The position numbers and the translations under genes were made by a program. This document shows positions 53,824-62,755 of a stretch of 64,000 bases of DNA, piece by piece (the stretch's first letter is position 1; each line of letters begins with the position of its first letter). The DNA lies in NCBI GenBank assembly GCA_029259695.1, contig JAJDEQ010000056.1, forward strand, positions 30,746-94,745, read 5' to 3'. Origin of the DNA: Planctomycetota bacterium. Lineage in GTDB: Bacteria > Planctomycetota > B15-G4. Under the pieces are notes generated by a model, which saw nothing but the letters and a program-made list of their open reading frames with translations, ran no database searches and was not told where the DNA came from.

Positions 53824-56007
53824 ATGCCGCATGTCGACCGCCGCGCGACCGCCGCCGTGAGCCCATGGACGCTCGCCGTCGCCCTCGTGCTGGCGATCAG
53901 CGCATGTGCCGCCCCGAGCGGGCCGCGGGCCGACCCGGTGACGATTCGAGCGGCCGTGGACCAGCTCTCGGAGGCGTTCGCCGACCTGGCCCAGGAGGCC
54001 GGGGGTGACGGGCGGCGGCTGGCGGTGGGCGTGCTCGACTTCTCGTCGGCCGAGGGCCCGAGTGCGCTCGGGTACCTGCTGGCCCACGAGCTGTCCAGTT
54101 CGCTGGCGCAGGAGTTCCGGGGACGCGAACTCGACAACATCTCGGTCATCACGCGGCTGCACGTCGAGGACCTGCTGCTCGAGCAGGGGCTGTCGCTCAC
54201 GGACATGTTCGCCACCGACGAGAGCCCCAGCGTGGGTCAGTTGCTCGGCGCCGACTACCTGGTCACCGGTCTGCTCACCTCGACGCCGTACGGCGTGCGC
54301 GTGTCGACCCAGTTCCTGAGCGTGAACGACGGCGTGACCCTCGGCGGCGAGACCCTCGCCATCGCACCGAACGAGACCCGCGGCGGCCTCGCGGCTCCGC
54401 CCGCGACCGAGACGGCCCGGCGCAGCTCCTCCTCGAAGGGGACCACGTCGGGTGAGACACCGTGGCCCACCGCCTCGACGCGTGATTGGAGCGCATCGAC
54501 GCCGACGACGCGAGCCGACCCGCGCTTCTCCGCTCGCCGGGCGATCGGCTCCTCCAACCGCGAGCTGCGCGCCCTGGCCGCCGGGACGGTCGATGCGTCG
54601 GGTCTGGCCGACGGCGCCTCGTCGGAGCCGGGCAGGCAGCCGCCGCTGCTCGCCGTCGCGCGCACGCACGAGGCGTTGCTGGTGGGCGACGACGGCCACG
54701 CGGTCACCGATGTGGGCGTGTTCGTGACCGTGGGCAGCGCCCGCGCGGCGCCTGCCCTGCCGGCCCGCGTGCGTCGCAGCGATGGGCGCGACGGCAACCG
54801 GCCGATCCACGTCTGCCTGGCGGTCGACACGAGCGGCTCGATGTCCGAGTACGGGCGCCTGGAGTTCGCCCGCACCGCGGCCGAGGAGGTCCTGGCCGAC
54901 CTCGACGACGACGACACGGTGACGCTGATCACCTTCTCGGACCGCTCGCGCGTGACGGTGCGCCCGCTGTACGCCACCCCGCAGGCCAAGAACATCATCG
55001 TGGCCGCCATGGCGCGACTCGTCGCCGGCGGCAAGACGAATTTCGAGTCGGCCCTGTCGGAGGCGCGGCGCTGTTTCCGCATGACGCGCGATCGGCACGA
55101 CGTCGGCTACATGGTGCTGCTGTCGGACGGGATCCCGACCATGGGCGCGCTCGATCCGCTCACGCTGGGCGACGTGGCTCGCGACATGGCGCTGCTCGGC
55201 GTGTCGGTGGACACCGTGGGCGTGGGGCGTGAGATCAACATCCAGGCCATGGAGACGATCGCGCTCAAGGGGAACGGTCGCTTCCGCGCCGTCACCGACG
55301 ACCGCATGCTGGTCGACGCCGTGCGTGGGTCGGTGGCCGGGGCCGTCGACCGGCAGGCGGAGGCGGCGCAGCTCGTGTTCCGACCCGCCCAGGGCGTCGT
55401 TGCGGACGACGTCGTGGGGACCTGGAACTCCGGGGCCGACGGCACGCTCACCGCGGACCTGGGCCTCATCCGTCGCGGGGAGGATCGCACGCGCCAGCTG
55501 CACCTCGTGCCGGCGGCTCCCCTGGTCACGGGCGCCCGGGTGGCCCTGGGCCGGTTCGAGCTCACCTACCGCGATCCGTACGGTGACGATCACGTCGAGA
55601 CCCACGAGGTCGTGGCCGGCGTCGTGAACGATCGCAGCGGCTGGGACCTGGCGCTGAACCGCTCGGTCGTCTTCGAACTGCACCGCACCGAGTTGCAGAC
55701 CGTGCTGGGCCAGGCCTACGACATGGCCGTGGCCGGTCGCCTCGAGGCGGCCGCGGACGTGATCGCCGCCGCGGTGCAACGTCACGAGGCGTTCGTCGCC
55801 CTGGCTGCATCCCCGCTGCCGGGCAAGCTGCCCGGCGACGAGGGCGCGGCGGCGGCTCCCGGCGCGCAGCCGGCAGCCTGGGAGGAGCTGGTGGCGCTGA
55901 TCGAGCGGGCCCGGGCCACGAGCACGACGCTCTCCTCCGGGCGTTTTCCCCAGGAGCTGCGCTCGAGCCTCTACCGCGATGCCGTGGGGGCTTCGGGCGG
56001 CAACTGA
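53824..56007 (+). CDS. Lipoprotein with LpoB/FlgO/CsgG-like N-terminal domain and von Willebrand factor type A domain, 727 aa
   Basis: Lipobox 'LAISAC'. N-domain 'RRLAVGVLDFSS...LGADYLVTGLL...VRVSTQFLSV'. vWA MIDAS 'CLAVDTSGSMS', 'LVAGGKTNFESAL', 'MVLLSDGIPT'. Confidence 0.75.
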   Translation: MPHVDRRATAAVSPWTLAVALVLAISACAAPSGPRADPVTIRAAVDQLSEAFADLAQEAGGDGRRLAVGVLDFSSAEGPSALGYLLAHELSSSLAQEFRGRELDNISVITRLHVEDLLLEQGLSLTDMFATDESPSVGQLLGADYLVTGLLTSTPYGVRVSTQFLSVNDGVTLGGETLAIAPNETRGGLAAPPATETARRSSSSKGTTSGETPWPTASTRDWSASTPTTRADPRFSARRAIGSSNRELRALAAGTVDASGLADGASSEPGRQPPLLAVARTHEALLVGDDGHAVTDVGVFVTVGSARAAPALPARVRRSDGRDGNRPIHVCLAVDTSGSMSEYGRLEFARTAAEEVLADLDDDDTVTLITFSDRSRVTVRPLYATPQAKNIIVAAMARLVAGGKTNFESALSEARRCFRMTRDRHDVGYMVLLSDGIPTMGALDPLTLGDVARDMALLGVSVDTVGVGREINIQAMETIALKGNGRFRAVTDDRMLVDAVRGSVAGAVDRQAEAAQLVFRPAQGVVADDVVGTWNSGADGTLTADLGLIRRGEDRTRQLHLVPAAPLVTGARVALGRFELTYRDPYGDDHVETHEVVAGVVNDRSGWDLALNRSVVFELHRTELQTVLGQAYDMAVAGRLEAAADVIAAAVQRHEAFVALAASPLPGKLPGDEGAAAAPGAQPAAWEELVALIERARATSTTLSSGRFPQELRSSLYRDAVGASGGN

Positions 56008-56171
56008 CTTTCTCGTCGGGGCACCCGACCGGGTCGCGAACTGCCGGCGCGGCGATGGTCTAATCGGCGCCTCGTCCGGCCGCGCGCCGCGCAGCAGCGC
56101 TTTGGCGTCCGGCTGTGGCCCGCGCGTCACGCTCCTGTCCGTCATCCCATCGCCCCGCACGACGTCGCCCC

Positions 56172-57647
56172 GTGAGCAACACACCCGTCACTCGCAAGCT
56201 CGGTCGTGACGACGTGGGCCGTGTGCGCGAACTGTTCACCGGTCGCGGGCACGACCTGCGCAAGAACCCGAAGAACCAGTACATCGCCTTCGAGGTCCGT
56301 ACGGACGGGCGTTCGATCTTCACCCTGTACACCTCGGGCAAGCTCGTCAGCACGGTGCGCGAGGGGGACGCGGAGGGTTTCCTGATCGAGCAGACGCTGA
56401 TCGACCAGGGGCTCGGGGACGTCGGTCCCCGCGCGCCGCCCAAGCGCGCGCTGGAGGGGCGGGCCGCACACGCCGACGTGGCCTGGCTCGCCGGCGCCGA
56501 CGAGACCGGCACCGGCGAGCTGATCGGCAGGGCGATTCTCGGCGCCGCGTTGCACACGGCCGCGCTCGCTCCGAGCGTCTCGGCCATCGCCGGCGCCGTG
56601 GAGACGAAGTCGTCCCGGGCGGCATCGGGCTGGGACTCCCTGGCCCAGGCGCTGCGCGGACTGCGCTCCGACGGCCTCGTGCTCGCGACGATCGGTGTGC
56701 CCAACGCGCTGTTCGACGTCTACTCGAAGAACGCGCTGCTCGACCTGGCCTACCTGCGGCTGGTCACCGATCTGTTCGCGGCGTCCGAGTTCGGGGCCGC
56801 GAGCGCCGCCGGCGCCGAGGGCGTGTTGCGCGGAGTCGAGCTCGTCATCGACGACTACGGTGTCGGGCCGTTGCTGCACGCCGCTGCGGAGTGTTGGCGC
56901 GCCCGCGGTCTGCGCGTGCTGTTCGAGACGAAGGCCGACGACAACCACCTGGCGGCCCGCGCCGCGTCGGTCTATGCCCGGGCCCAGCGCTCGCGGGAGA
57001 TGGCGGGCCTGCGCGCGGATACGGACGAGCCGCTGGGTACCGGGAATGCAGGCGATCGCACCACGCTGACATGGCTGCGTCGCAACACACCGGCCGATGG
57101 CTGCTGGCCGGCCTTCGTCAAGGGCTCGTTCCGCACGGCCCGGGACATGTTGGGGCTGCCGGCCGTGACCAAACGACGCCTCCCGGCACTGGACGACCTG
57201 CTCGATGCCGACTCCGCTCAGGCGCTCCGGGACGGACGGGTGGATGCCGAGGCGCTGCGCGTGATCGGCCCGGGCGGACGTCGTCGACGGAGCCTCGCCA
57301 CCAACGTGCTGGGCGAGCCGCTCGACGGAGAGTGCGCCGCGTGGTCCTTCCTGCCCTTGCTGTGCGGCGGGCTGGTGCTGGCCGACGACGTCTGGCGTCT
57401 CGATGCGGTGGAGGCCATGACCGCCCGCGACGTCGGTCTGCTCTCGGGCTGGCGCGTGCTCGTGGGCCCGCAGCACGACGGGGACGACCCGGTGCTGGTC
57501 GCGTTGTCACGCGCCCATCGCGCCGGCGTGATCGACGTCGTGCCGACCGACGTCGTCGAGCCGATGGCGCGCGCCCGTCACTTCGGGGCGGCGTTGGTCA
57601 GCGGCCGGACGCGCTCCCCGGTGTTCTCGCTGCGACTCCGGGACTGA
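56172..57647 (+). CDS. RNase HIII-like (type 2 RNase H fold) protein with ~180-aa unrecognised C-terminal extension
   Basis: N-domain like the RNase HIII N-terminal domain, 'KNPKNQYIAFEVRTDGRSIFTLYTSGKLV'. Catalytic-type motifs 'GADETGTGELIGRAILGAA' (D-E), 'ELVIDDYG' (D), 'ETKADDNHLAARAASVYARAQR' (D plus AAAS helix). Start uncertain (GTG 56172 or GTG 56115). Confidence 0.6.
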   Translation: MSNTPVTRKLGRDDVGRVRELFTGRGHDLRKNPKNQYIAFEVRTDGRSIFTLYTSGKLVSTVREGDAEGFLIEQTLIDQGLGDVGPRAPPKRALEGRAAHADVAWLAGADETGTGELIGRAILGAALHTAALAPSVSAIAGAVETKSSRAASGWDSLAQALRGLRSDGLVLATIGVPNALFDVYSKNALLDLAYLRLVTDLFAASEFGAASAAGAEGVLRGVELVIDDYGVGPLLHAAAECWRARGLRVLFETKADDNHLAARAASVYARAQRSREMAGLRADTDEPLGTGNAGDRTTLTWLRRNTPADGCWPAFVKGSFRTARDMLGLPAVTKRRLPALDDLLDADSAQALRDGRVDAEALRVIGPGGRRRRSLATNVLGEPLDGECAAWSFLPLLCGGLVLADDVWRLDAVEAMTARDVGLLSGWRVLVGPQHDGDDPVLVALSRAHRAGVIDVVPTDVVEPMARARHFGAALVSGRTRSPVFSLRLRD

Positions 57648-57706
57648 CCCGGCGGTTCACCGGGTGGGTGCGCGCGGCAAGCGGGGGCCGCACGGCGACG
57701 AGTCGC

Positions 57707-58474
57707 TCACCAGCCCTCGATCAGGCGCTGGCCCAGCGGGTCGGGCAACTCCGGCGTCTCGAAGATGCTCTGGGCGGCCGCCTCGACGTCGTAGCGCACG
57801 CGGCGCCAGTGCACCGTCCGACCGTCGAACAGCGCGTACGACGCGCGCGTGTCGCCGTCGCGCGGCTGTCCCACCGAACCGACGTTGACGATGCAGCGAC
57901 CGTCGGGGTTCGACTCGGTGTCGTAGTCACCGTTCACGTCCTCGGGGGCGGTCCAGGTCATGTCGAGGTTGATCGCGCCGGGGACGTGCGTGTGCCCGAT
58001 GAAGCAGGGCCGATCGACCTTGCGGAAGCACTGGGCGAGCTTGGGGCTGAAGTCGCGGTTGCGCGGCAGGTGGTCCAGCGTCTCCTCGCGGAAGAGGTAC
58101 TCCTCGACCGGGTGGTTGGGTGAGCCGTGCACCAGGATCGCGCTGTCGTCGTCGTGACGCCGGGGCAGCTCGCGCAACACGTTGAGGTGGTTGCCGTTGG
58201 CCTCGAGGCGGGCACGGGTCCAGCGGATGGCGGCGGCCGCGAGCGGATTGAAGCCGTAGGGTTCGTCCAGCACGGCCTGCTCGTGGTTGCCCATGATGAT
58301 CACCGCCTCGGCATCGAGCAGTCGCTCGAGGCACTCGATCGGCTGGGCGCCGTAGCCGACCACGTCGCCCAGGCACCAGACGTCGCTGACGCCGTTGGCG
58401 CGAGCGTCGTCCAGCACGGCTTCCAGGGCAGGGAGATTGCCATGGATATCGCTGACGATGGCCTTCGATCCCAT
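57707..58474 (-). CDS. Calcineurin-like metallophosphoesterase (Metallophos_2 / YfcE-ApaH-like), 255 aa
   Basis: ATG 58474 'MGSKAIVSDIHGN' (DxH), 'WCLGDVVGYG' (GD), 'IMGNHEQ' (GNHE), 'LVHGSP', 'FIGHTHV' (GHxH). Confidence 0.8.
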   Translation of the reverse strand: MGSKAIVSDIHGNLPALEAVLDDARANGVSDVWCLGDVVGYGAQPIECLERLLDAEAVIIMGNHEQAVLDEPYGFNPLAAAAIRWTRARLEANGNHLNVLRELPRRHDDDSAILVHGSPNHPVEEYLFREETLDHLPRNRDFSPKLAQCFRKVDRPCFIGHTHVPGAINLDMTWTAPEDVNGDYDTESNPDGRCIVNVGSVGQPRDGDTRASYALFDGRTVHWRRVRYDVEAAAQSIFETPELPDPLGQRLIEGW

Positions 58475-58536
58475 GCGAACAGCATGACGGGTCGCTGGGA
58501 ATCGATCAACGCGCGAAGTCGACAGGAACGACTTCG

Positions 58537-59409
58537 TCAGTCGTTCGAGGGTTGCCGGGCGAGGGCCTGCAGTCGATCCACGGCGAGCCGGGCGATGCGA
58601 TCGGCCACGTCCAGGCCCGTGGCTGCCTGGATTCCCTTGAGGCCCGGGCACGCGTTGACTTCCAGCACGAGATCCGTGCCGGTTTCGCTCAACAGGTCGA
58701 CGCCGGCGATGTCGAGGCCCAGCAACTCGGTCGAACGCAGGGCCAGGGCGATCTGGTGCGGCGACGGATTCCATGGCCGGGCCGTGCCGCCGTAGGCCAG
58801 GCTGGCCCTTGCGCCCTCGGTCGTCGGACGCCGCTCCATCGCCGCGACGACCTCACCCGCGACGATGAACAGGCGCCGGTCGGCCCCGTCCCCCAGCCGC
58901 GGTTGCACGAGCGCCGGTCCGGAGGCCTCGGCGAAGGCCTCGGCGCAGCGGATGGCGTGCTCCCGCGAGAGTCCCATGGTCACGCCCCGGCCGGCGGCGC
59001 CGGTGAGCGGCTTGACCACGAAGCGCTCACCGGAGAGAGCGTCGAGATCGGCGCGTGCGTCTCGCGTCTCACTGACGGTGGGTGGCTCGGGCTCGCCGTG
59101 CGCCCGGTGCTGAGCGAGCGCCTCCCACTTGTCGTGCTCCCGGCGCAGCGCCGTCGGCCGGTTGATGAACGCCTGTCCCTCGTGCTCGCGTCCCGCGAGC
59201 ATCGACAGCGTGCTGCCGGGAGTCCCCGACGGCAACCGGCACAAGGCCAATGTCGGGGCGTCCTGGCCGCCGCGCGGCGGCACGGCGTGTGCGCGGCAGG
59301 CGTGCGTGTGCAGCCCGCGCCCACGACAGGCGGCCACCAGCAGGGCACACGCCTCGGACTGGGGTCGCTGCGCAACCACGACCAGATCTCTTGGTATCTT
59401 GGACATCAT
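58537..59409 (-). CDS. RimK-like ATP-grasp ligase, 290 aa
   Basis: This is the C-terminal 290 codons of track ORF 58537..61812, starting at ATG 59409 ('MMSKIPRD'). 'ERFVVKPLTGAAGRGV', 'ALVQPRL...DRRLFIVAGEVVAAMER', 'GLDIAGVDLLSETGTDLVLEVNACPGLKGI'. The upstream part of the track ORF is R/P/A-rich antisense of real + strand genes. Confidence 0.75.
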   Translation of the reverse strand: MMSKIPRDLVVVAQRPQSEACALLVAACRGRGLHTHACRAHAVPPRGGQDAPTLALCRLPSGTPGSTLSMLAGREHEGQAFINRPTALRREHDKWEALAQHRAHGEPEPPTVSETRDARADLDALSGERFVVKPLTGAAGRGVTMGLSREHAIRCAEAFAEASGPALVQPRLGDGADRRLFIVAGEVVAAMERRPTTEGARASLAYGGTARPWNPSPHQIALALRSTELLGLDIAGVDLLSETGTDLVLEVNACPGLKGIQAATGLDVADRIARLAVDRLQALARQPSND

Positions 59410-59432
59410 GCCCCCGGGAGCGCTGTCGCCCG

Positions 59433-60191
59433 ATGGTCCTACGCCTTCTGCTTCGAAGCCAGTGGCCCGTGCGGCTGGCGCTGACCTGTCTCGCGGCCGC
59501 CGGGCTCGGCGGCTGTTCGTCACCGGCCGAGCGCGGCTATTACAGCCCCTGCGGGCAGCCGCTGCGACGTGCGATCGGGAGCCATCGCGAACAGGCCCGG
59601 CGCGTGGCCCTGGAGGTCCGCTGCCAGGGTGTCTACGTGAACGAGGTGGAAGGCGACGAGCTGCGCACGGTGCACCTGCAGCTCGAGCTGGTTGCGGTGA
59701 GTTCGCGCGACGTCGTGCTCGAGCGCGACCGCCTCGTGGTCGACCTGCACGGGCTGGCGCCCGGCGGCGACGACGAGCCCCCTGCGGTGCGCGTGTCCAG
59801 CCTGGCGCTGGCGGAGGCCTGGGCGGGCAAGGAGCGGCAGCGCGAGGACCTGGTGGCACCGGGATTCGGGCGCCGCGCCTTCGACCTGTTCTTCGACATG
59901 CCGGATACGCTCGGACGGCCGTTGCCCGTGGCCGTCCTGTTCCGCTGGGGCGGCGCGAGCGGCGAGATGCCGATCGTCGGACAGGCGCGCTTCGTGCGCA
60001 TCCCCCCCGGCGACCCCCTGGAGCCCGCGGCCGAGATGGTGGGCGACCCCTCGTTCGGCATGCGCGACGGGTACTACCTGCCCGGCCACGTCGATCTCGG
60101 CCAGCGGCAACTCGTGCCTTCCGAGGAGCAGCGCCTGCACTACCTGTTTCATCGCTTGCGCACCTGGCCTTGGACCTGGATGCCGTGGTGA
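59433..60191 (+). CDS. Hypothetical lipoprotein, 252 aa
   Basis: ATG 59433 gives 'MVLRLLLRSQWPVRLALTCLAAAGLGGCSS' (lipobox LGGC). No recognised domain. Its start is only 23 bp from the divergent rimK-like start. Confidence 0.5.
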   Translation: MVLRLLLRSQWPVRLALTCLAAAGLGGCSSPAERGYYSPCGQPLRRAIGSHREQARRVALEVRCQGVYVNEVEGDELRTVHLQLELVAVSSRDVVLERDRLVVDLHGLAPGGDDEPPAVRVSSLALAEAWAGKERQREDLVAPGFGRRAFDLFFDMPDTLGRPLPVAVLFRWGGASGEMPIVGQARFVRIPPGDPLEPAAEMVGDPSFGMRDGYYLPGHVDLGQRQLVPSEEQRLHYLFHRLRTWPWTWMPW

Positions 60192-60249
60192 GCGCGGAAC
60201 ACGTGCTGTTCGCGGCCGAGTCGCGACACGCCTGGGCGGGGGAGCTGCG

Positions 60250-62100
60250 GTGATCCTGCGCATGCTCGCCTACCTCAGCGCCAGCTGCACCCTGGGTCTC
60301 GTGCTGGTCTGGATCGCCGCGGACCTGCTCGCGTCGGACCTGCTGCGCGCCGAACTCGAACAGCTCGAAGCCAACCGCCTGCTGTCCTTCGACGAGGCGG
60401 GGCTCGAGTTGCCGGATCTCGCCCGCGTGACCGGGATCACCCTGCGACACCCCGAGACCCGTGAGCCCGTGGCCTACGTCGAGGAGCTCGACGTCGAGTT
60501 CGGCCTGGCGCAGGACGGAGCGGGTTGGCAGCTCGTGCCCCGCTCGGTGCGCGGTCGCGGCGTGCGTGTCGTGTTGTCGCGCGACGACGGTGCACCGATG
60601 TCCGGCCTGCTGCGCGCCATCACCGAACTGGTCGCGTCGGTGGGTGGCGGCCCCGCGGGCGGTGGTCACCGTCCCTCCTGCGAGATGCGCGACGTCGAGA
60701 TCGCGATCCGCCATCCGGGCCTGCCCCTGCAGGTCTTGTCGGACTGCACGTTGTGGGTGCTGTGTCCGGACGTCGGTCCGATCCGGATCGAGCTCGGGTT
60801 GGGTTCCGGCGGGCTGGCGATGCTCGACCTCGCCGACGACGGGGGCCTGCGCGAGGTGACGCTGCGCGACCTGCCGGTGCTGCCCACCACGCTGGCCATG
60901 ATCTCGCCTGCGCTGGAGGAGTTTGGCCACGACCTGGGCCCGTCCGGGATGCTCGACATCGACCTCTCGCTCGAGGACGGCCAACTGGTGCACGCCATGG
61001 GGCGGCTGGAGCAGGCCACGCTGCGACTGAGCGGCACGCCCTTTCCGCTGGAGGACGCCGACGTCCCGTTCCGTTACGTCGATGGACGCTGGATCGTGGA
61101 GCAGGTCCACGTGCGCGTGGCGGGCGGCACGATGACGGGCACCCTCGAGTACGGGGAGAACGGCTTCACGGCCACCGGCGACCTGCGTGATGCCGAGTTC
61201 CGGCGCGAGTTCCTGGATCTGCTGCCGGAGGGCATGGACGTCGCCTGGCTCGAGGTGGAGGACGGGGGCACCGTCGACCTGCGTCTGGCGTACGAGGAAC
61301 GCCCGGGCGAGTTGCACCCGCTGGTGATCGGTCGCGGCGGTCTGCACGCCGAGCGCATGCGCATCGGCGAGGCGCGTCTGTTGGTGGAGGACACGGTGGC
61401 GCGCTTCTCGATCGGGGACGGCGTGCTGGAGGTGGAGGAAGCCAGCGGGCGGTTGCTGTCGGGTGTCGTGTCGCTGGTCGGCAGCTTCGACCTGATCGAC
61501 CTGGACTACGACTTCCGCGCGGCGTGCGCCGACGTGGACCTGAGTCGTCTGGACGAGATGGAGGGCATGGAGTCGTCGGCCCGCTTCGCGACGGACATCG
61601 GCGGCTGGCTGCAGGGCGATCTCCAACTCCGCGGGCGCTTCGGAGACATCGCGCGCAACGAGGGCAGCGGGCAGTTCGCGGTGCGGGCGGCAAACCTCTG
61701 GCGCCTGGGCCTGTTCGACGCCCTGGCCGTCGCCTTGCGACCCGGCCAGGTGCAGCCCACCGAACGCCAGCGCCTGACCTGCCGCTACCGCGTCGCGCGG
61801 CATCGCATGCACGTCGAGATGGCGCGCCTGGAGTCGTCATTCCTGCCGCTCGTGAGCAACAAGGGCAAGGTCTCGTTCCGTCCGGACGGCATCGAACTCG
61901 ACATCGAGATCGTGCCCATCGACGTCCCCTTCGGGCCCATCGGCGACCTGCTCAAGTACATCCAGAAGCAGCTCATCCGGGTCCAGGTGGAAGGCCCCCT
62001 GGCCGCACCCAGCGTGCGCGTGATCGCCGTGAAGGCAGTCACCAAGCCCGTGGGCAACTTCTTCGATTGGTTCTCCGGCCTGTTCGGCGGAGGTGACTGA
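60250..62100 (+). CDS. AsmA/TamB-like membrane-anchored protein, 616 aa
   Basis: GTG start. N-terminal TM 'LAYLSASCTLGLVLVWIAADLLA'. Long beta-rich body. The C-terminal region ('GQFAVRAANLW...RVQVEGPLAAPSVRV') resembles AsmA-like C-terminal domains. Call rests on architecture only. Confidence 0.5.
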   Translation: MILRMLAYLSASCTLGLVLVWIAADLLASDLLRAELEQLEANRLLSFDEAGLELPDLARVTGITLRHPETREPVAYVEELDVEFGLAQDGAGWQLVPRSVRGRGVRVVLSRDDGAPMSGLLRAITELVASVGGGPAGGGHRPSCEMRDVEIAIRHPGLPLQVLSDCTLWVLCPDVGPIRIELGLGSGGLAMLDLADDGGLREVTLRDLPVLPTTLAMISPALEEFGHDLGPSGMLDIDLSLEDGQLVHAMGRLEQATLRLSGTPFPLEDADVPFRYVDGRWIVEQVHVRVAGGTMTGTLEYGENGFTATGDLRDAEFRREFLDLLPEGMDVAWLEVEDGGTVDLRLAYEERPGELHPLVIGRGGLHAERMRIGEARLLVEDTVARFSIGDGVLEVEEASGRLLSGVVSLVGSFDLIDLDYDFRAACADVDLSRLDEMEGMESSARFATDIGGWLQGDLQLRGRFGDIARNEGSGQFAVRAANLWRLGLFDALAVALRPGQVQPTERQRLTCRYRVARHRMHVEMARLESSFLPLVSNKGKVSFRPDGIELDIEIVPIDVPFGPIGDLLKYIQKQLIRVQVEGPLAAPSVRVIAVKAVTKPVGNFFDWFSGLFGGGD

Positions 62101-62242
62101 GCCGGGCCGGGTCGCGATGCGCGGCCGCGCCGGGGGTGATCGAGGGGGCTAGGCAGGGCCGGCAGGTCGCGGATCACGGGGCGGGGGCCCCGCTTCCTCG
62201 GCGCCTCTCTCGTCGGCTCGGTGGCGCCGAGAATGCCGTTTT

Positions 62243-62263
62243 CCTAGAATGCTGTGTTCTAGG
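62243..62263. promoter_or_regulatory. Perfect 7-bp inverted repeat CCTAGAA-N7-TTCTAGG, candidate operator upstream of the ArsC/LMW-PTP-like gene
   Basis: Read directly at 62243-62249 and 62257-62263, in a locally AT-richer stretch 76 nt upstream of ATG 62339. Confidence 0.35.
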
Positions 62264-62338
62264 GCCCTGTGGCATCCGTGACCTCGGGGTACCCCTCGGT
62301 GAGGGTCTGCCAGAGCCACCGGGTCCGCAGGAGTCAAC

Positions 62339-62755
62339 ATGGCCAAACCCCGCAATTTCCTGTTCGTGTGCAAGGGAAACGACGCCCGCAGCCAGATGGC
62401 CGAGGGTTTCGCCCGCGCCCTGGCAGGTCCGTCGGTCAACGTCTACAGCGCGGGGGCCGAACCGCGGATTCTCAATCCCTTCGCCGTGGCCGTGATGGAG
62501 GAGATCGGCATCGACATCTCCGACCAGGCCCCCAAGAACTTCGACAAGATCCCGGTCACCAAGATCGACACGGTGATCACCCTGAGTTCGGACGCCGACC
62601 CGCTGCCGAAGCTCAAGAAGCGCAAGGTGACCCAGATCCACTGGCCGCTCACCGATCCGGCTGCGGCCGCGGGGAACGACGCCGAGGTGAAGAAGGCCTT
62701 CCGCGCCGTCCGGGACGAGATCAAGAACCGCGTTCAGGTCCTGCTCGTCGGCTGA
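62339..62755 (+). CDS. ArsC-type low-molecular-weight phosphatase family protein, 138 aa
   Basis: P-loop 'FVCKGNDARSQMAEG' (CX5R-S). Collinear, by recollection, with S. aureus pI258 ArsC ('YFICTGNSCRSQMAEG', 'VYSAG', 'TLCSDAD', 'VRDEIK'). Confidence 0.8.
   Translation: MAKPRNFLFVCKGNDARSQMAEGFARALAGPSVNVYSAGAEPRILNPFAVAVMEEIGIDISDQAPKNFDKIPVTKIDTVITLSSDADPLPKLKKRKVTQIHWPLTDPAAAAGNDAEVKKAFRAVRDEIKNRVQVLLVG

Noticed and set aside
59410-61812. An N-terminal 801-codon extension of the rimK-like ORF (track ORF 58537..61812)
   Set aside because: The extension is antisense to the lipoprotein and AsmA-like genes and is R/P/A-rich. ATP-grasp homology begins only after the ATG at 59409.
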